From an uncultured Alphaproteobacteria bacterium (GTDB taxonomy: Bacteria; Pseudomonadota; Alphaproteobacteria; Rhizobiales; Afifellaceae): 64,000 bases of DNA. Positions 40,105-49,165 of the stretch are shown piece by piece (the first letter of the stretch is position 1; every line of letters begins with the position of its first letter). The stretch covers positions 26,014-90,013 of the forward strand of contig CAVTYQ010000009.1 in the NCBI GenBank assembly GCA_963739005.1, written 5' to 3'. The position numbers and the translations under genes were made by a program. Under the pieces are notes generated by a model. The model had not been told where the DNA came from and ran no database searches. It was given only the letters and a program-made list of their open reading frames with translations.

Positions 40105-43100
40105 GTGCGCGGCGGCCGCAACGGGCTAGTCCATGCTCCAAAGGACGGCACTTTGGATTCTCCCCGCTTCATCCACCTGAATTGCCATTCGGCCTATTCG
40201 CTGCTGGAGGGCGCGCTGCCGCTCGCCACGCTCGTCAAGCTTGCCGCCGAGGACGGGATGCCGGCCGTCGGTGTCACCGATACGGCGAACCTCTTCGGCG
40301 CGCTCGAATTCTCCGAAAAGGCCGCGCAGGCAGGCATCCAGCCGATCATCGGCTGCAAGCTTCCGGTGCGGTTTGAAGCGGAAGCCGACCTCGAAACGCG
40401 CCGGCCCGGACCGCACCGCAGATCGCGCCACGTCGCTCCCCTTTTCCTGCTCGCCGCGTCCGACGACGGCTACCGCGGACTGATCCAGCTGGTGACCGGC
40501 TACTACCTCGGGGAGGCGGGGCGGGCGGAGCCGATTCCGCTCGATGCGCTAGCCGCCGCCTCGGGCGGCATGATCGCGATGACCGGCGGCCACGACGGGC
40601 CGCTTTATCCGATCCTCGCGGAAGGCGAGGCGGCGCTCGCAGAGAGCCGCCTCGTCGCCCTGAAGGGCGTTTTCGCCGACCGCCTCTACGTGGCGCTCGA
40701 GCGGCACGGGCTCGACGTGGAACGCCAGGCGGAGCCCGCCGTGGTTGATCTTGCCTATCGGTTCGACCTGCCGCTCGTGGCGACGAACGAGCCCTTCTTC
40801 CCACGCGCCGAGGACTACGAGGCGCACGATGCGCTGCTCGCGATCGCCGAAGGGCGCCTTCTTTCGAGCGACGACCGCAGGCGGCTTACGCCGGAGCATC
40901 ACTTCGCCAGCCGCGCCGAGATGATCGCGCGCTTCAATGATGTTCCGGAGGCGCTGGAGAATACCGTCGAGATCGCACGCCGCTGTCATACGCGGCCACG
41001 CGTCGTGCAGCCGATCTTGCCGCGCTTCGCCGCCAAGGCTGCCGACGCGGAGACGGCCGAGCGGGAGGAGGCGGCGGAGCTTCGCCGGCAGGCGGAGGAG
41101 GGGCTTACGCGACGGCTCGCGGCGCAGGGGACCGCGGAGGGCTTCGAGGAGGAGGACTACCGCGAGCGGCTAGACTTCGAGCTCGGCGTCATCACGGCGA
41201 TGAAATATCCGGGCTATTTCCTGATTGTCGCCGATTTCATCCAATGGGCGAAGGCGCGCGGCATCCCGGTCGGACCGGGGCGCGGCTCGGGCGCCGGGTC
41301 GGTTGTCGCCTGGTCTCTTACCATCACCGACCTCGACCCGCTCCGCTTCGGCCTGCTGTTCGAGCGGTTCCTGAACCCCGATCGCGTGTCGATGCCGGAC
41401 TTCGACATCGATTTCTGCCAGGAGCGCCGCGACGAGGTGATCGCCTACGTGGCGGAGCGCTACGGCTCCGACCGCGTCGCGCAGATCATCACCTTCGGGA
41501 CGCTGCAGGCGCGCGCGGCGCTCCGCGATGTCGGGCGCGTGCTCGAAATGCCCTACGGGCAGGTCGACCGCCTCTGCAAACTGGTGCCGGCCGATCCGGC
41601 CAATCCGGTTTCCCTCGAAAAGGCCATCGCCGGCGAGCCGCGCTTCGAGGAGGCGCGCAAGCAGGAGCCGGTCGTCGACCGTCTTCTCACCATCGCCATG
41701 AAGCTCGAAGGGCTCTACCGCCACGCCTCGACGCATGCCGCGGGCATCGTTATTGGCGACCGGCCGCTGCAGGAGATGGTGCCGCTTTATCGCGATCCGC
41801 GCTCCGTCCTACCCGTGACCCAGTTCAATATGAAATGGGTCGAGCAGGCGGGGCTGGTCAAATTCGACTTCCTCGGCCTGAAGACGCTCACCGTGCTTGA
41901 GCAGGCTGTGAAGCTGATCCGCCGGCGCGGGATCGAGATCGAACTTGCCGCGATCCCGCTCGACGATCCCGCGACATTCGCCATGCTGGCGCGCGGCGAG
42001 ACGGTCGGCATCTTCCAGGTTGAAGGGCAGGGGATGCGGCGCGCCCTCGTCGGCATGCAGCCGGACCGCTTCGAGGACCTGATCGCGCTTGTCGCCCTCT
42101 ACCGGCCCGGTCCGATGGCCAACATCCCGGTCTACTGCGCGCGCAAGCTCGGGCGCGAACAGACCGACTACATCCATCCGAAGCTCGAACCGATCCTGAA
42201 GGCGACCTACGGCGTCATCACCTACCAGGAACAGGTGATGCAGATCGCGCGAGACCTCGCCGACTACAGCCTCGGCGAAGCCGATCTTCTGCGCCGCGCG
42301 ATGGGCAAGAAGATCCGCTCCGAAATGGAGAAACAGCGCGAGCGCTTCCTCTCCGGCGCGGTCGCGCACGAAATCCAGCATGCCGACGCTGTCGCGATCT
42401 TCGACGCCTGCGCCAAGTTCGCCGACTACGGCTTCAACAAATCGCACTCGGCTCCCTATGCGCTGATCACCTATCAGACCGGCTTCATGAAGGCCAACTA
42501 CCCGGTCGAATTCCTGGCGGCGTCGATGACGCTCGATATGAACAACACCGACAAGCTGAACGAATTCCGCCTGGAGGCGCGCCGGCTCGGCATCGAGGTC
42601 GTCTCGCCCGACGTGAACAGCTCGGGCGTCAGCTTCGAGGTCTCGCACGGCAAGATCGTCTACGCGCTTTCGGCGCTGAAGGGGGTCGGCACACATGCCG
42701 TCGAGCACCTGGTGAAGGCGCGCGGCGACCGGCCTTTCGCCGACCTTGCCGACTTCGCCGCGCGCATCGATCCGCAGATCCTGAACCGCAAGGCGCTCGA
42801 ATGCCTGGCGCAGGCGGGCGCCTTCGACAGCCTCGATCCGGACCGCGCCAAGGTCTTCGAGAATGTCGGGCGCGTGCTCGCCGCCGCGCAGGAGCGGACG
42901 GAGCGTGCGCAAAGCGGCATCACCGACCTCTTCGGCGGGTCGGGAGAGCCGACGCGGCTCTTCTTCGTCGCGGCCGAGCCGTGGGCGCCGGCGGAGCGGC
43001 TGCAGCGCGAGTTCTCGGCGGTCGGAACCTACTTGAGCGCGCACCCGATCGACGACTATGCGGCGCTCGCCGAGTCTCGCGGCGGGCTGACCTGGAAGTC

Positions 43101-43608
43101 TTTCGAGGAGCATCTGAGGTCCAGCCGACAGTTCACCGCGAAGATCGCGGCGACCGTCGTCTCGCGGCAGGAGCGCAGGACGCGGACCGGCGGGCGGCTC
43201 GGCATCGTCATGTTCTCCGATCCGACCGCGCAGTTCGAGGCGACCGTCTATCAAGAGCGTCTCGCCGACTGGCGCGACCTGCTGGAGGTCGGCCATTCGC
43301 TCTTCGTGCAGATCGGCGGGGAATTCGATCCGGAGACGGAGGAGATCCGCGTGCGCATCCAGAATATCGAACCGCTCGAGGAACTGGCGGCGAAGAAGGT
43401 GCAGGCTATCCGCGTGTTCCTGGACGCGCCGGAGCCGGTCGAGCGGCTGGCGAACCGGCTCGCGGAAGGCGAGGGGACGGTCTCCGTCGTCGTCATGCTT
43501 GAGGGCCGCGAGGTGGAGTTGAAGCTCCCGGGCCACTACCGCGTGACGCCGCAGGTCGCAGGCGCCATCAAGGCGGTGCCGGGCGTTGTCCACGTGGAGA
43601 TGGCATAG
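40105..43608 (+). CDS. dnaE: DNA polymerase III subunit alpha
   Basis: PHP domain FIHLNCHSAYSLLEGAL, polymerase core (GPGRGSGAGSVVAWSLTITDLDP, PDFDIDF), OB-fold C-terminus. The start is uncertain: GTG 40105 (track) or TTG 40153 (MDSPRFIHL). Confidence 0.95.
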   Translation: MRGGRNGLVHAPKDGTLDSPRFIHLNCHSAYSLLEGALPLATLVKLAAEDGMPAVGVTDTANLFGALEFSEKAAQAGIQPIIGCKLPVRFEAEADLETRRPGPHRRSRHVAPLFLLAASDDGYRGLIQLVTGYYLGEAGRAEPIPLDALAAASGGMIAMTGGHDGPLYPILAEGEAALAESRLVALKGVFADRLYVALERHGLDVERQAEPAVVDLAYRFDLPLVATNEPFFPRAEDYEAHDALLAIAEGRLLSSDDRRRLTPEHHFASRAEMIARFNDVPEALENTVEIARRCHTRPRVVQPILPRFAAKAADAETAEREEAAELRRQAEEGLTRRLAAQGTAEGFEEEDYRERLDFELGVITAMKYPGYFLIVADFIQWAKARGIPVGPGRGSGAGSVVAWSLTITDLDPLRFGLLFERFLNPDRVSMPDFDIDFCQERRDEVIAYVAERYGSDRVAQIITFGTLQARAALRDVGRVLEMPYGQVDRLCKLVPADPANPVSLEKAIAGEPRFEEARKQEPVVDRLLTIAMKLEGLYRHASTHAAGIVIGDRPLQEMVPLYRDPRSVLPVTQFNMKWVEQAGLVKFDFLGLKTLTVLEQAVKLIRRRGIEIELAAIPLDDPATFAMLARGETVGIFQVEGQGMRRALVGMQPDRFEDLIALVALYRPGPMANIPVYCARKLGREQTDYIHPKLEPILKATYGVITYQEQVMQIARDLADYSLGEADLLRRAMGKKIRSEMEKQRERFLSGAVAHEIQHADAVAIFDACAKFADYGFNKSHSAPYALITYQTGFMKANYPVEFLAASMTLDMNNTDKLNEFRLEARRLGIEVVSPDVNSSGVSFEVSHGKIVYALSALKGVGTHAVEHLVKARGDRPFADLADFAARIDPQILNRKALECLAQAGAFDSLDPDRAKVFENVGRVLAAAQERTERAQSGITDLFGGSGEPTRLFFVAAEPWAPAERLQREFSAVGTYLSAHPIDDYAALAESRGGLTWKSFEEHLRSSRQFTAKIAATVVSRQERRTRTGGRLGIVMFSDPTAQFEATVYQERLADWRDLLEVGHSLFVQIGGEFDPETEEIRVRIQNIEPLEELAAKKVQAIRVFLDAPEPVERLANRLAEGEGTVSVVVMLEGREVELKLPGHYRVTPQVAGAIKAVPGVVHVEMA

Positions 43609-43814
43609 GCGAAACCGATCAGCCGTCGCTCATCCGTCGCCGACGTTACACGAAGGACACGTGCGGCAGGTACTCTCGTGCGGTGTGCGTGCAAGAGGAA
43701 CCCATAATGCGCCTTGCCGGCTTCGAACTTGCCACGCCGCCGACCCGCTGACATCCGCTCGACAGGTCCTGCCTGCCGGGCCAGCTGCCGCAGCTAACGG
43801 AAGCAACGATCCCC

Positions 43815-43892
43815 GGCCACCACCGCGTCACCCCGCAAGTCGCCGGCGCCATCAAGGCGGTGCCGGGCGTTGTCCACGCGGAGATCGGCTAG
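43815..43892 (+). pseudogene. Fossil duplicate of the last 25 codons (plus stop) of dnaE
   Basis: 43815-43892 aligns without gaps to 43531-43608 (69/78 nt by hand count) and ends in its own TAG. It translates to GHHRVTPQVAGAIKAVPGVVHAEIG* versus GHYRVTPQVAGAIKAVPGVVHVEMA*. An in-frame TGA lies 22 codons upstream, so it is not part of a larger ORF. Confidence 0.8.
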
Positions 43893-43997
43893 GGGTCGGA
43901 AAAAGCCCTTTTATCGAGCGGCAAAAAAAGTAGGGTGGTCGTCATACGTGTCGGGAACCAGCCTGACCGAAGAAAAAATCATTTGGAGGGAACGCCA

Positions 43998-44981
43998 ATG
44001 AGACCAATCTCTTTCCGCCTCGCTTCGTCGCTTGGGGCCGTGGCCATCGCCGCCGTGGCATGGTCGGCACCGGCTCTGAGCCTTGAGATCAAGACCAGCG
44101 ACGTTCACGGCGAGGGCTATCCGACGACGGAAGCCATCGCCTACATGGGCGACCTGCTGTCGAAATGGACCGACGGCCGCATCACGGTGAATCTCTTCCC
44201 GAACATGCAGCTCGGCGGGGAAAAAGAAGCGCTCGAGCAGGTCCAGCTCGGCGCGCTCGAAATGACGCGCGTTTCGGTTGGCGTCGTCGGCCCGATCGTC
44301 GATGATTTCAATGTCTTCAACCTGCCCTATGTCTTCAAGAGCCTCGATCAGCAGCACACGGTCGTCGACGGCGCGATCGGCACCGGGCTCCTGAACAAGC
44401 TCGAACCCGCCGGCCTGATCGGCCTCGGCTACATGGATGCCGGCTCACGCTCGTTTTACGTGAAGGGTAAGCAGATCGAGAAGCCCGGCGATCTGGCCGG
44501 CATGAAGATCCGCGTCATGCAGAACCCGATGTTCGTCGATATGGTCAACGCCATGGGCGGCAACGGCGTGCAGATCGCCTACAACGAGCTCTACACGTCG
44601 CTGCAGACCGGCGTCGTCGATGGCGCGGAGAACAACCCTCCGTCCTACGACGAGGGCAAACACTACGAGGTCGCCGGGTACTACACGCTCGACGAGCACC
44701 TGATGGTGCCGGAGATCTTCGTGTTCTCGAAGAAGGTGTGGGATACGCTCGACGCGACCGACCAGCAGCTCATCCGCAAGGCTTCGGCACTGTGCGTGCT
44801 TAAGGAGCGCGAGCTCTGGGCGGCGAAGGAGAAGAAGGCGCTCGATGATCTGCAGGCCGCTGGCGTGCACATCGAATCGAACGTCGACAAGACGCCGTTC
44901 ATCGAGGCGACCCAGGCCGTCCGCGACAAGTACGGCGCCCAATACGCCGACCTCCTGAAGGCGATCAACGCGGTTCAATAG
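43998..44981 (+). CDS. TRAP transporter substrate-binding protein (DctP family)
   Basis: 327 aa; GGAGGG SD before ATG 43998; signal peptide. ...FPNMQLGGEKEALEQVQLGALEMTRVS..., FNLPYVF. Confidence 0.88.
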   Translation: MRPISFRLASSLGAVAIAAVAWSAPALSLEIKTSDVHGEGYPTTEAIAYMGDLLSKWTDGRITVNLFPNMQLGGEKEALEQVQLGALEMTRVSVGVVGPIVDDFNVFNLPYVFKSLDQQHTVVDGAIGTGLLNKLEPAGLIGLGYMDAGSRSFYVKGKQIEKPGDLAGMKIRVMQNPMFVDMVNAMGGNGVQIAYNELYTSLQTGVVDGAENNPPSYDEGKHYEVAGYYTLDEHLMVPEIFVFSKKVWDTLDATDQQLIRKASALCVLKERELWAAKEKKALDDLQAAGVHIESNVDKTPFIEATQAVRDKYGAQYADLLKAINAVQ

Positions 44982-45116
44982 GCTCGCGTTGCGGCGTGGC
45001 CACCGCGGTCGCTGGCCGGTCGGGGTGGCGATATTGATCTGGGCGAGGCGCTTGCCTCGCCTATTCCCCGTCGCGGTCTGCGGACTGTCCTAGCGCTCCG
45101 AGAGGAGATCGACCTC

Positions 45117-45668
45117 ATGCGGCCGACCTACGTGCGCATCATGGACGTGCTCTACGTCCTCTGCATGGTCATCGCGATCGTCTCGGTGGTGAGCATGACC
45201 ACCCTGATCTTCGTCGGGGTGATCATGCGCTACATCTTCTACATGGGCGCGGCGTTTGCCGAGCCGGCGTCGATTTTCTTCTCCGTACAGCTCACGCTCT
45301 ACGGCGCGGCGGCCTGCTATCGCGCGCAGGCGCATCTGCGGATTCAATTCTTCACCGGCCTCTTGCCGGAGCGCGTGCAATGGATTCCGAAGGCGCTCGT
45401 CACCTTGCTGATGATGACCATATCGGTCGCCATGATGTACTACGGCGCCGACCTTGTGCAGACGACCTGGTTCCAGGCCTATCCGGAATTCAACTACATC
45501 CGCGTCGGCGCCGTCTATTCGGCGATTCCGGGCGGGGGTTTCATCCTGCTCCTCTTCATCATCGAGTCGGTTTTCTATCCGAACGCCATGGCCGCGGACG
45601 AGGAGGAGGAGATGCGGATCGCCATGCGGCACGCCGAAGAGGAAGCGCGAAAGCTCGGCTACGAATAG
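45117..45668 (+). CDS. TRAP transporter small permease (DctQ family)
   Basis: 183 aa, four TM helices, positioned between the DctP-like and DctM-like genes. Confidence 0.85.
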   Translation: MRPTYVRIMDVLYVLCMVIAIVSVVSMTTLIFVGVIMRYIFYMGAAFAEPASIFFSVQLTLYGAAACYRAQAHLRIQFFTGLLPERVQWIPKALVTLLMMTISVAMMYYGADLVQTTWFQAYPEFNYIRVGAVYSAIPGGGFILLLFIIESVFYPNAMAADEEEEMRIAMRHAEEEARKLGYE

Positions 45669-45680
45669 GGGGCGAAAGTC

Positions 45681-46973
45681 ATGGGGGGGCCGCTCGCGCC
45701 GCTCGTTCTTCTCGGCAGCTTCTTCGTGCTGCTCATCCTCGGCATGCCGGTCGCCTTCGCGCTCGGGGTCGCCGCGCTGGTCGGTGCGCTCTACGCGCAT
45801 CTGCCGCTTGCGGCGGTGCTCCTCAAAGTCTCCGACAGCGTGGACGACTTCGCGCTCCTCGCAATTCCCTTCTTTGTGCTCGCCGGCGCGCTGATGGCGG
45901 AGGGCGGCATGGCGCGCCGTCTCGTCGCCTTCGCCAACATCTTCGTCGGCTTCATGCGCGGCGGCCTCGCCATGGTCAACGTGCTCGCTTCGATGTTCTT
46001 CGGCGGCGTGTCGGGCTCAGCCGTCGCCGACACCTCGTCGATCGGCTCCATCATGATCCCGATGATGAAGAAGCAGGGCTACGACGACCACTTCGCCGTC
46101 AACCTGACGATCAGCGGCGCCACGCAGGGCATCGTCATCCCGCCGAGCCACAACGCCATCATCTATTCCTACGCCGCGGGCGGTGCGGTCTCTGTCGCGC
46201 AGCTTTTCCTGGCCGGCGTCATCCCCGGCATCATGGTCGGCCTCTCCTTGATGGTGCTGTCGTTCATCATCTCGACCATACGCGGCTACGCGCGCGGCAA
46301 TTTCGTACCGTTCCGCGAAGCCCTGCGCATCACCTGGGAGGCGCTCGCCGGTCTTCTGACTGTGGTCATCATCGTCGGCGGCATTCTCGGCGGCGTCTTC
46401 ACGCCGACAGAATCGGCGGCTGTGGCTGCGGTCTGGGCGTTCTTCGTCACCATGTTCATCTACCGCGATCTCAAATGGCGTGACCTGCCGCGCGTGATGG
46501 TCGGCGTCATCAAGACCATCGCCATGGTGATGATCGTCATCGGGTTCGCCGGCAGCTTCGGCTACATGATGACGCTGATGCAGATCCCGGCGAAGGCGAC
46601 GCATCTGCTGCTCGAGATATCCAGCAACAGATACGTCATCCTGGCGCTGATCAACGTGCTCCTGCTGATCCTCGGTACGTTCATGGACATGGCGCCGCTG
46701 CTCCTGATCTGCACGCCGATCATGCTGCCGGTGGTCACGGCAATCGGGGTGAACCCGGTCCATTTCGGCATCATCATGATGCTGAACCTTTCGATCGGGC
46801 TGGTGACGCCGCCGGTCGGCACCGTGCTCTTCGTCGGCTGCGCGATCGGCAAGATTCCGATCGAGAAGGCGACGCGGCATCTATGGCCGTTCTGGCTCGC
46901 AATGCTCGTGGTCCTGATGCTGGTGACCTATTTCCCGTTCTTCGCGATGTGGATACCGAGCCTGAAATACTGA
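45681..46973 (+). CDS. TRAP transporter large permease (DctM family)
   Basis: 430 aa polytopic protein, ...FFGGVSGSAVADTSSIGSIMIPMMKK..., PPVGTVLFVG. Confidence 0.9.
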   Translation: MGGPLAPLVLLGSFFVLLILGMPVAFALGVAALVGALYAHLPLAAVLLKVSDSVDDFALLAIPFFVLAGALMAEGGMARRLVAFANIFVGFMRGGLAMVNVLASMFFGGVSGSAVADTSSIGSIMIPMMKKQGYDDHFAVNLTISGATQGIVIPPSHNAIIYSYAAGGAVSVAQLFLAGVIPGIMVGLSLMVLSFIISTIRGYARGNFVPFREALRITWEALAGLLTVVIIVGGILGGVFTPTESAAVAAVWAFFVTMFIYRDLKWRDLPRVMVGVIKTIAMVMIVIGFAGSFGYMMTLMQIPAKATHLLLEISSNRYVILALINVLLLILGTFMDMAPLLLICTPIMLPVVTAIGVNPVHFGIIMMLNLSIGLVTPPVGTVLFVGCAIGKIPIEKATRHLWPFWLAMLVVLMLVTYFPFFAMWIPSLKY

Positions 46974-46987
46974 GACATCAAGGGCTG

Positions 46988-47218
46988 CTATTGCCGACCT
47001 TTAAGCTCGGCGATTGCAGCGGCCCTCTCCGCCGGGCTCATGGTCGGATCGCTCTCTACCATCGCGATCTTCCCATCTATGAAGGCCCTGGCGCGTTCCC
47101 GATCCTCGGCGCTCTCCCCGCGCCGCTTGCTGAAAGCAGCGCGCATGTCACGGATATCAGACCGAGGCCCGGCGCGCGCACCGCCTCGATCGGGAGTAGG
47201 GGGGCCAGCTTTTGGCAT
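46988..47218 (-). CDS. Small hypothetical protein (76 aa), second gene of a lower-GC operon
   Basis: GAAGGAG SD 8 nt before ATG 47218. Charged helical sequence ...SAEDRERARAFIDGKIAMVESDPTMSPAERAAAIAELKGRQ. No family recognised. Confidence 0.55.
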   Translation of the reverse strand: MPKAGPPTPDRGGARAGPRSDIRDMRAAFSKRRGESAEDRERARAFIDGKIAMVESDPTMSPAERAAAIAELKGRQ

Positions 47219-47244
47219 CTGATGACTCCTTCTCGGCGCCGTCT

Positions 47245-48203
47245 CTAGCTCCTGACGGCGAACGCGTAGTTGGGGTCGAGGAATACTCGAGTGAAGCCCA
47301 CGTTGTCAGTGCGCACGGTGGAATTCGAGGAGTTGAGAAGCCCCCAGCTCCCCCAACTGCCGCTCTCGCCTGCACTGATGAGCTGAGTGCGAAGCGCTCC
47401 CATGGGATTCGTTCCGCTATAGAGAGACTGAAAGTCTCCACGATCGGTCCCCACGATCCAATCCAGCCAGTTTTTTGCTGGGCGTCGGTTGCGGTGTAGT
47501 CGTATTGGTAGATCAAGTCCCAACCACGCCGCACACGATTGTAGAGTAGCGCCTGATTGCGCCAGCGATCGGTCCCTATTCGCCAGGTGCTGTTCCACAC
47601 CGGGAGCACCTGATAGGGGTGCCCGTGCGCCGACTCGGTGGTCAAGTAGTTTCCGAGCGCGCTAAAGGGGCAATCCGTCTGCCAGTGGTCGCTGCGCGCC
47701 CAGTCGAACACTCGAAAGTGGGTGTCGTTCTGTCCATTGTAGGAGACGAACGCTTCGACGCCCATCGCCGACCTGTTGGTTGCGGTCAGATAGAGGAAGG
47801 TGTTCACATTGCCGCCGGGCGGCGTCGGGCAAACGACGTCGAAGGCCATTGACGTTCCGTGGCCCCAGCCGACCTTGTAGGCGGTCGTGTAGAAGAAACC
47901 ATAGCCCACACCGCCGGGAACCGGTTGCGTGAGTTTGAGGGCGGCTTTCGATCCCAGGCGCTCTTCCACCGAACGAACGGCGTCATTTCGGAGCGACAAG
48001 CTTTCGACCGGATGAGTATGCGCCATAAGCATCTTGCTTTGCTCAAAGGCGGCTCGGAATGCCTTGTCTTTCGGCTGGGCGGCGGTGAGTTTGGCGAAGC
48101 GCTCTCGTGCATCCTTCGTTGCCCTGTGTGCCCTATCGGTTGGGGCGACAGGCGGCTTAATCTCCATTTCTTTCTGTGCGGGATTTGTCGCTTTGCGTGC
48201 CAT
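47245..48203 (-). pseudogene. Hypothetical ~319-aa protein split by a 1-nt frameshift in an A6 run (no family recognised)
   Basis: Frame of track ORF 47157..48203 is plausible down to ...IYQYDYTATDAQQK. After the A6 run (T6 at 47471-47476 on plus) the plausible continuation NWLDWIVGTDRGDFQSLYSGTNPMG...FLDPNYAFAVRS* is in the frame of track ORF 47245..47598. GGAGGT SD before ATG 48203. Sampled lines are about 53% GC. Confidence 0.6.
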
Positions 48204-48230
48204 GGCGTGTACCTCCCAATTCGGTAGTTA

Positions 48231-48277
48231 GATTACCAACCCGGCAGGTGGATTACCAATGGTTGTATTTTATACAA
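48231..48277 (-). promoter_or_regulatory. Operator-like repeats in the AT-rich leader of the 48203 gene
   Basis: GATTACCAA occurs at 48231-48239 and 48251-48259 (20-bp phase), plus a perfect palindrome TTGTAT-TTT-ATACAA at 48263-48277. All lie 28-75 nt upstream of the ATG. Confidence 0.4.
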
Positions 48278-48351
48278 TTGCAGTAGTAATCACGACGGCT
48301 CGGCACCAGGGCCGCTGCGTGCCATTGCGCTTCCCGAGCTCCGGGCGCCTG

Positions 48352-48993
48352 TCAGTCTGCAGAGTCAGTGGCGAGCCCGACGCCCTCGGTGACCGGGCCT
48401 CCCGTTGCGAAGTCGAATGAAGCAACCTTTGAGCGGTCGGGCGTCGTCTCGCAGCGGAACGACAGCCGGTACCAATGTCCCTTGCTCAAGAAGGCTGCGC
48501 CCTCGGCGGTCATGAGATTGCCGACGACCTTGGCGTCCGCGGTCGCGTAGGCAACGACCCGCTCCGGCCGGAACTCCTTCTTCGCGCGTGCGACCTGCTC
48601 CATCGCCTCGATGTCGCACAGCTGCTCGAAGCGGGCTTCGGTGCCGAGGGTCCTGAGGCTCGCGCGCGCCGTCCTGTCGAGCGCGCGGTCGGAGAGGATG
48701 GTGCGGGCGTGGGAGAGTGGAAGGGGCGCCTCGGCCGGGGGCAGTGGGATCGGCTTCCAGAGCGGGCTCGGAAGCGGCTCTTCCGGCGATTCTTCCGGCT
48801 TCGTGAGGGCGGTGATTTCCGCCTCCGAGAACAACTCGACGGACAGGCTTTCGACCGGCGGCGGCGAAACGAGGATCGGTCGCGGAAGGAGGAGAACCAG
48901 CGCAAGAAGCAGAACGGCATGGAGCGCCGCGGAGAGCGCAAGCGCGTAGGCTCCGCGGGCCCGTGCCGTCGGACGGGGCGCAGGGTTTGACAC
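48352..48993 (-). CDS. DUF930-family protein (N-terminal membrane anchor)
   Basis: The C-terminal half, ...[74 protein letters not shown], matches the rhizobial DUF930 pattern from memory. The start is uncertain: GTG 48993 just before the TM helix, or ATGs at 49113/49134 (end of the track ORF). Confidence 0.65.
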   Translation of the reverse strand: MSNPAPRPTARARGAYALALSAALHAVLLLALVLLLPRPILVSPPPVESLSVELFSEAEITALTKPEESPEEPLPSPLWKPIPLPPAEAPLPLSHARTILSDRALDRTARASLRTLGTEARFEQLCDIEAMEQVARAKKEFRPERVVAYATADAKVVGNLMTAEGAAFLSKGHWYRLSFRCETTPDRSKVASFDFATGGPVTEGVGLATDSAD

Positions 48994-49165
48994 GTCCGCG
49001 GCGGCCGATCCGCTGTCCGGACCCGTTCGCGGTTGCAAAACCCCAGCCTCTCCCCTATATCCGCGCCATCTCACACGCGGGCATGAAGCTCTAATCCGGC
49101 TTTCCGGTGGCATCTGCCTTTTGGCTCTTGCCATTCGCCCGCGGCGGAAAAAACCGGAGAATACT

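Noticed and set aside
43586-43933. 115-aa ORF spanning the dnaE downstream region.
   Set aside because: It is in a different frame from the dnaE-like fossil, Arg/Pro-rich, and has no SD. The region is better explained as a non-coding spacer plus a dead dnaE 3' fragment.
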